Assembly (NCBI GenBank): GCA_964641615.1
Contig: CAZXNH010000002.1
Coordinates: 62,519-126,518, forward strand
Source of the DNA: an uncultured Ectothiorhodospiraceae bacterium
GTDB taxonomy: Bacteria > Pseudomonadota > Gammaproteobacteria > J044
Direction of reading: 5' to 3'
DNA length: 64,000 bases
Part shown: in pieces, positions 61,001-64,000 of the stretch
Position numbering within the stretch: position 1 is the stretch's first letter
Layout: each line of letters opens with the position of its first letter
The notes under the pieces: model-generated
Databases searched by the model: none
What the model was told of the DNA's origin: nothing
The model's input: the letters and a program-made list of their open reading frames with translations, nothing else
Program-made: the position numbers and the translations under genes

Positions 61001-62860
61001 CTATCCCTGTTTCTGTAGCCAGGCTTCAAGATCATATTTTCCAATCGGCTTACTGATAAAATAACCCTGCAATTTATCCACGCTCATCTGATCCAGCAGG
61101 TCCAGAGTCGACTGGTCTTCCACGCCTTCTGCCACGACCTGGCAATCGAGATTATGACCCAGCTCAATAACCGTCTTAACAACGGCCCGATCGGTCTGAT
61201 CTGTACACATATCGGAAATAAAGCTTCGATCAATCTTCAGTGCATCCACCGGTAGTTTCTTCAGGTAATTCAGGGAAGAAAAGCCGGTTCCAAAATCATC
61301 GATCGCAATCTGTACGCCGAGCTCACTGAGCGCACTCAGTATCTTCCCTGCTCGGACAAGGTCCTGCATCAATGCCGTTTCTGTTATCTCGAGCTGGACC
61401 TTTTCGGCAGCGACACCATGCATCTGTAAAAGTGCCTGTATATCATCAGGCAGAGAAAGATTTTGAATACTGTATACAGAAAGATTCACACTGACACCGA
61501 AGTCATACCCCTGCTTGTTCCAGCGAGCCAGGTCCTTCAAGGACTGATCCAGTATTTGCATGGTCAGAACATTGATAAGCCCCATTTGCTCTGCCATCGA
61601 TATAAATTCATCCGGTGGTATCCCACCAAGCTCGGGGTGATCCCAACGCGCAAGCGCTTCTACATAGGCTAAATCATGTGATGACGTATCCACAACAGGC
61701 TGATAGGCCAGGTGAATATTCTGGTTTTTAACAGTATCACGCAGGTCACTCATCAGGCGCAGACGACGCACAGTATGTTTATTCTGTTCAGGGTCATAGA
61801 GTGCAAAACCGGATTGAGATTGCTTCGCCTGGTACATTGCAATATCAGCATATTTCATAAGATCATCAGCTTCCTGTGCATGTTCCGGAAAGATGCTGAT
61901 ACCGATGCTCGCCTTACTCTCTGTAGTGATGTTGTCAATAACAAACGGCTTACTCATCGCATACAGGATACGGTTAGCACATAATTCTGCACCCTTATAA
62001 TCTGTATGCGGCAATAATACCGCGAACTCATCTCCTCCAAGGCGCGCTATTGAGTCATTGAGTCGCACTGACTCTTTCAGGCGCACACTCACAACCTTTA
62101 ACAACTTGTCTCCAAACTGGTGTCCAAGAGTGTCATTGATTTCCTTGAAGCGATCCAGGTCAATCAGAAACAAGGCAAAACTCTGCTGGTATCTTTTTGC
62201 ATCGAATAGAATCCGCTCTATACGATCATTGAGCAATGTGCGATTTGGTAACCCGGTTAACGTGTCATGCAGGGCAAGATGCTGAAGTTGCAGGTTTTTC
62301 TTATCCAGCTCACGCGAGATCTTGGAGCTCAGGATGAGGCCTATCCAGACTGCAACCCACAGGATTACAAATCCTGAAGTGACCAGGCGAAGCTTGAGTG
62401 TTGATGCAATATCTGAATCGCCAGTACTGGCCGGTTTGAGCATGACGAGCTCATACTGTACATCTGGCAATGGGCTGACTGCCCAGTAATACTGCCTATC
62501 GGATAACTCAATTAAACTGTGATGATCTGCTGAAATCTCTTTCAGCCTTTCCAGAAGCACATCATAGGCAAATTCTGCTTCACCCGAACGATAGAGCAAC
62601 TCACCATCTTTTTGTATCAACAGAATAGAATCTTGCCCAAAGAACCTCTGTTGCAAGCGATCAAGATAAGCCTGGGTATCCCGCTGATTGTCCGCCAGTG
62701 TAATTTGCTGGGAGATGTTCCCTGAAAATCGCGTCAGTACCTCGGTTAACTGCTCATTTCGACTATCTAAAAGCTGACGATACGCAAGCACGCCAAAGAC
62801 AATCTGTGCGAGTATAGTGACCCCTAAGATAGATAGCAGTATCTGCTTATTGAGCGTCAT
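61001..62860 (-). CDS. Membrane sensor GGDEF-EAL protein (periplasmic domain between two TM helices)
   Basis: TM helices at about residues 8-28 and 160-180. GGDEF (RLGGDEFAVLL). EAL motifs (LEITETAL, DDFGTGFSSLNYL, KIDRSFISD, EGVED). Confidence 0.9.
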   Translation of the reverse strand: MTLNKQILLSILGVTILAQIVFGVLAYRQLLDSRNEQLTEVLTRFSGNISQQITLADNQRDTQAYLDRLQQRFFGQDSILLIQKDGELLYRSGEAEFAYDVLLERLKEISADHHSLIELSDRQYYWAVSPLPDVQYELVMLKPASTGDSDIASTLKLRLVTSGFVILWVAVWIGLILSSKISRELDKKNLQLQHLALHDTLTGLPNRTLLNDRIERILFDAKRYQQSFALFLIDLDRFKEINDTLGHQFGDKLLKVVSVRLKESVRLNDSIARLGGDEFAVLLPHTDYKGAELCANRILYAMSKPFVIDNITTESKASIGISIFPEHAQEADDLMKYADIAMYQAKQSQSGFALYDPEQNKHTVRRLRLMSDLRDTVKNQNIHLAYQPVVDTSSHDLAYVEALARWDHPELGGIPPDEFISMAEQMGLINVLTMQILDQSLKDLARWNKQGYDFGVSVNLSVYSIQNLSLPDDIQALLQMHGVAAEKVQLEITETALMQDLVRAGKILSALSELGVQIAIDDFGTGFSSLNYLKKLPVDALKIDRSFISDMCTDQTDRAVVKTVIELGHNLDCQVVAEGVEDQSTLDLLDQMSVDKLQGYFISKPIGKYDLEAWLQKQG

Positions 62861-62936
62861 ACTGAATTACTGCAGAAACACCCATTCCTGGGTGAGATCG
62901 CCAGTACAAAACAACAAGGAACCCAGGATATAAAAA

Positions 62937-63155
62937 TTAGCTTTTATCTTCGGCGCCGGTATTGATTCCAGGAATCATATACAGCGGGCAGAAACGGGTA
63001 ACTGCTGTAACAAGCGCTATCACACCAATACCAATCAGGATATAGGAACTCAGTGCATCGGTAACCAACTGCTTATCTATCAGGCCTATATACAGCGCCA
63101 CTAAGCCAATACCCAGTCGTAATACCATGTCTAATTTGCCGATGTTCTTTACCAT
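62937..63155 (-). CDS. DUF2892 (YgaP-like) small two-TM membrane protein
   Basis: 72 aa (DMVLRLGIGLVALYIGL...FCPLYMIPGINT), the pattern typical of the rhodanese-associated YgaP C-terminal domain. Confidence 0.65.
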   Translation of the reverse strand: MVKNIGKLDMVLRLGIGLVALYIGLIDKQLVTDALSSYILIGIGVIALVTAVTRFCPLYMIPGINTGAEDKS

Positions 63156-63452
63156 CTATTGTTCCCCTTCTATGGATTAACAAAAAACTATGCTCTGGAA
63201 GCCTGATGAGACAAATATATTATTCTTATTGGGCTTCTACTTATACTTGATATCTAACGAAAAATACACGAAATATCCTTACTAAAACTCGTGCTTTCGT
63301 ACTATCTATTACAGCACAGCATAGAAACAACATAACAGGCACACCATCTATTCAGGTAAATGACCCCCTTCTGTTTTCGTTGAATGCAGAAATAATAATT
63401 GAGATCAGCGCGAAATCGACCAGGATCAGAAGCCCTGATGCCTATACGGAAT

Positions 63453-63476
63453 AAAAAAGGGCCGTTTAAACGGCCC
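63453..63476 (-). terminator. Rho-independent terminator of the TusE/DsrC-like gene
   Basis: Perfect palindrome GGGCCGTTTAAACGGCCC (63459-63476), followed on the minus strand by a 6-T run (63453-63458). Confidence 0.6.
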
Positions 63477-63504
63477 CTGGGAAGTCCCGCTTTAAAACGC
63501 GGTG

Positions 63505-63843
63505 TTAATGAACACTACCGAATGAAAGGTCCAGGGAATCTCCCGGTTCTTCAATACCCAATAACTGGCAGCCCTGATGGATCGGACCACCTGGGAAAAG
63601 TTCATACAGATGCTTCTTGCCTCCCTGCTCCTCAAATTGTTCCTGCAATGCCTGTGTCAGCTCTCGTCCGGATGAGTCGTCATCCTCGGCCACGAACTGG
63701 AAGATAATCTTTAACACACCCCAGTGTTCTGCAGTGAGGTCGATACCGGCTGCTTCGGCTCGACTCACAACACCTTGCTTATCGATTTCAGGCTTTGGTT
63801 CCTTGGTGTTATCGACACCCCATTCATTAATATCAGCGTTCAC
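63505..63843 (-). CDS. TusE/DsrC/DsvC-family protein with a noncanonical C-terminus (CysB-position Cys present; terminal GLPKPxGC replaced by an acidic ...DLSFGSVH tail)
   Basis: AEHWGVLKIIFQFV...KKHLYELFPGGPIHQGCQLLGIEEPGDSLDLSFGSVH. Compare TusE ...[27 protein letters not shown]. Confidence 0.65.
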   Translation of the reverse strand: MNADINEWGVDNTKEPKPEIDKQGVVSRAEAAGIDLTAEHWGVLKIIFQFVAEDDDSSGRELTQALQEQFEEQGGKKHLYELFPGGPIHQGCQLLGIEEPGDSLDLSFGSVH

Positions 63844-63910
63844 AATAACTCCTTCAGAAAATTACTCATAGGTAATGATTCTTTGTATGAATCTCGACTA
63901 TTCGTAAAAA

Positions 63911-63937
63911 CGATGTGCCGGTTTTGCCGGCACATCG
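63911..63937 (-). terminator. Rho-independent terminator between the two tandem DsrC-like paralogs
   Basis: 11-bp stem CGATGTGCCGG / CCGGCACATCG, followed on the minus strand by TTTTT (63906-63910). Confidence 0.55.
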
Positions 63938-63953
63938 AATAATGGAAGACAGC

Positions 63954-64000
63954 TTAATGTACGCTACCAAATGAAAGGTCGTCACAATCCGCTGGCTTAG
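63954..64000 (-). CDS. Second TusE/DsrC-like paralog; only the C-terminal 15 codons are in the window
   Basis: Minus-strand reading gives ...KPADCDDLSFGSVH* with the stop at 63954-63956. It shares the DLSFGSVH terminus with the adjacent paralog. Confidence 0.45.
   Translation of the reverse strand, partial: KPADCDDLSFGSVH

Noticed and set aside
63399-63707. 102-aa ORF on the plus strand
   Set aside because: It overlaps the terminator and the 3' half of the minus-strand TusE/DsrC-like gene, which has strong family motifs. It is likely spurious.

Overview
This 64 kb window looks like chromosomal DNA from a gammaproteobacterium with Pseudomonas-like local gene order (inference from synteny only). 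Most of it is syntenic housekeeping: argS, hslVU, ubiE-ubiJ-ubiB, rlmA, deaD, sucAB, glyQS-gmhB-plsC, priA, dapF-DUF484-xerC, coaBC-dut-argB, pyrE, an ExoIII/Crc-family gene and ampG. Around these sit signalling and envelope genes: a divergent CpxP-like / CpxRA-like two-component module, a MotAB stator pair, three PAS/GGDEF-EAL c-di-GMP proteins, a class III adenylate cyclase, a PspF-like AAA+ regulator, a truncated haemoglobin, and c-type cytochromes (c-prime-like and dihaem c4). Sulfur-trafficking genes are conspicuous: TusA, a TauE/SafE exporter, a DUF2892 protein, and two tandem TusE/DsrC-like paralogs at the right edge. A low-GC islet at about 13.4-15.7 kb encodes three secreted proteins (DsrE-like, Sel1-repeat, tandem rhodanese). 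I found no rRNA, tRNA, CRISPR array or transposase. The best candidates for undescribed biology are the four-DnaA-box cluster upstream of priA, the secreted sulfur-relay islet, the operon of an MlaC-like protein with a 1355-aa polytopic membrane protein and a small secreted protein, and the DsrC-like paralogs with a noncanonical C-terminus. All calls rest on motif and architecture recognition from the translations; no database search was possible.
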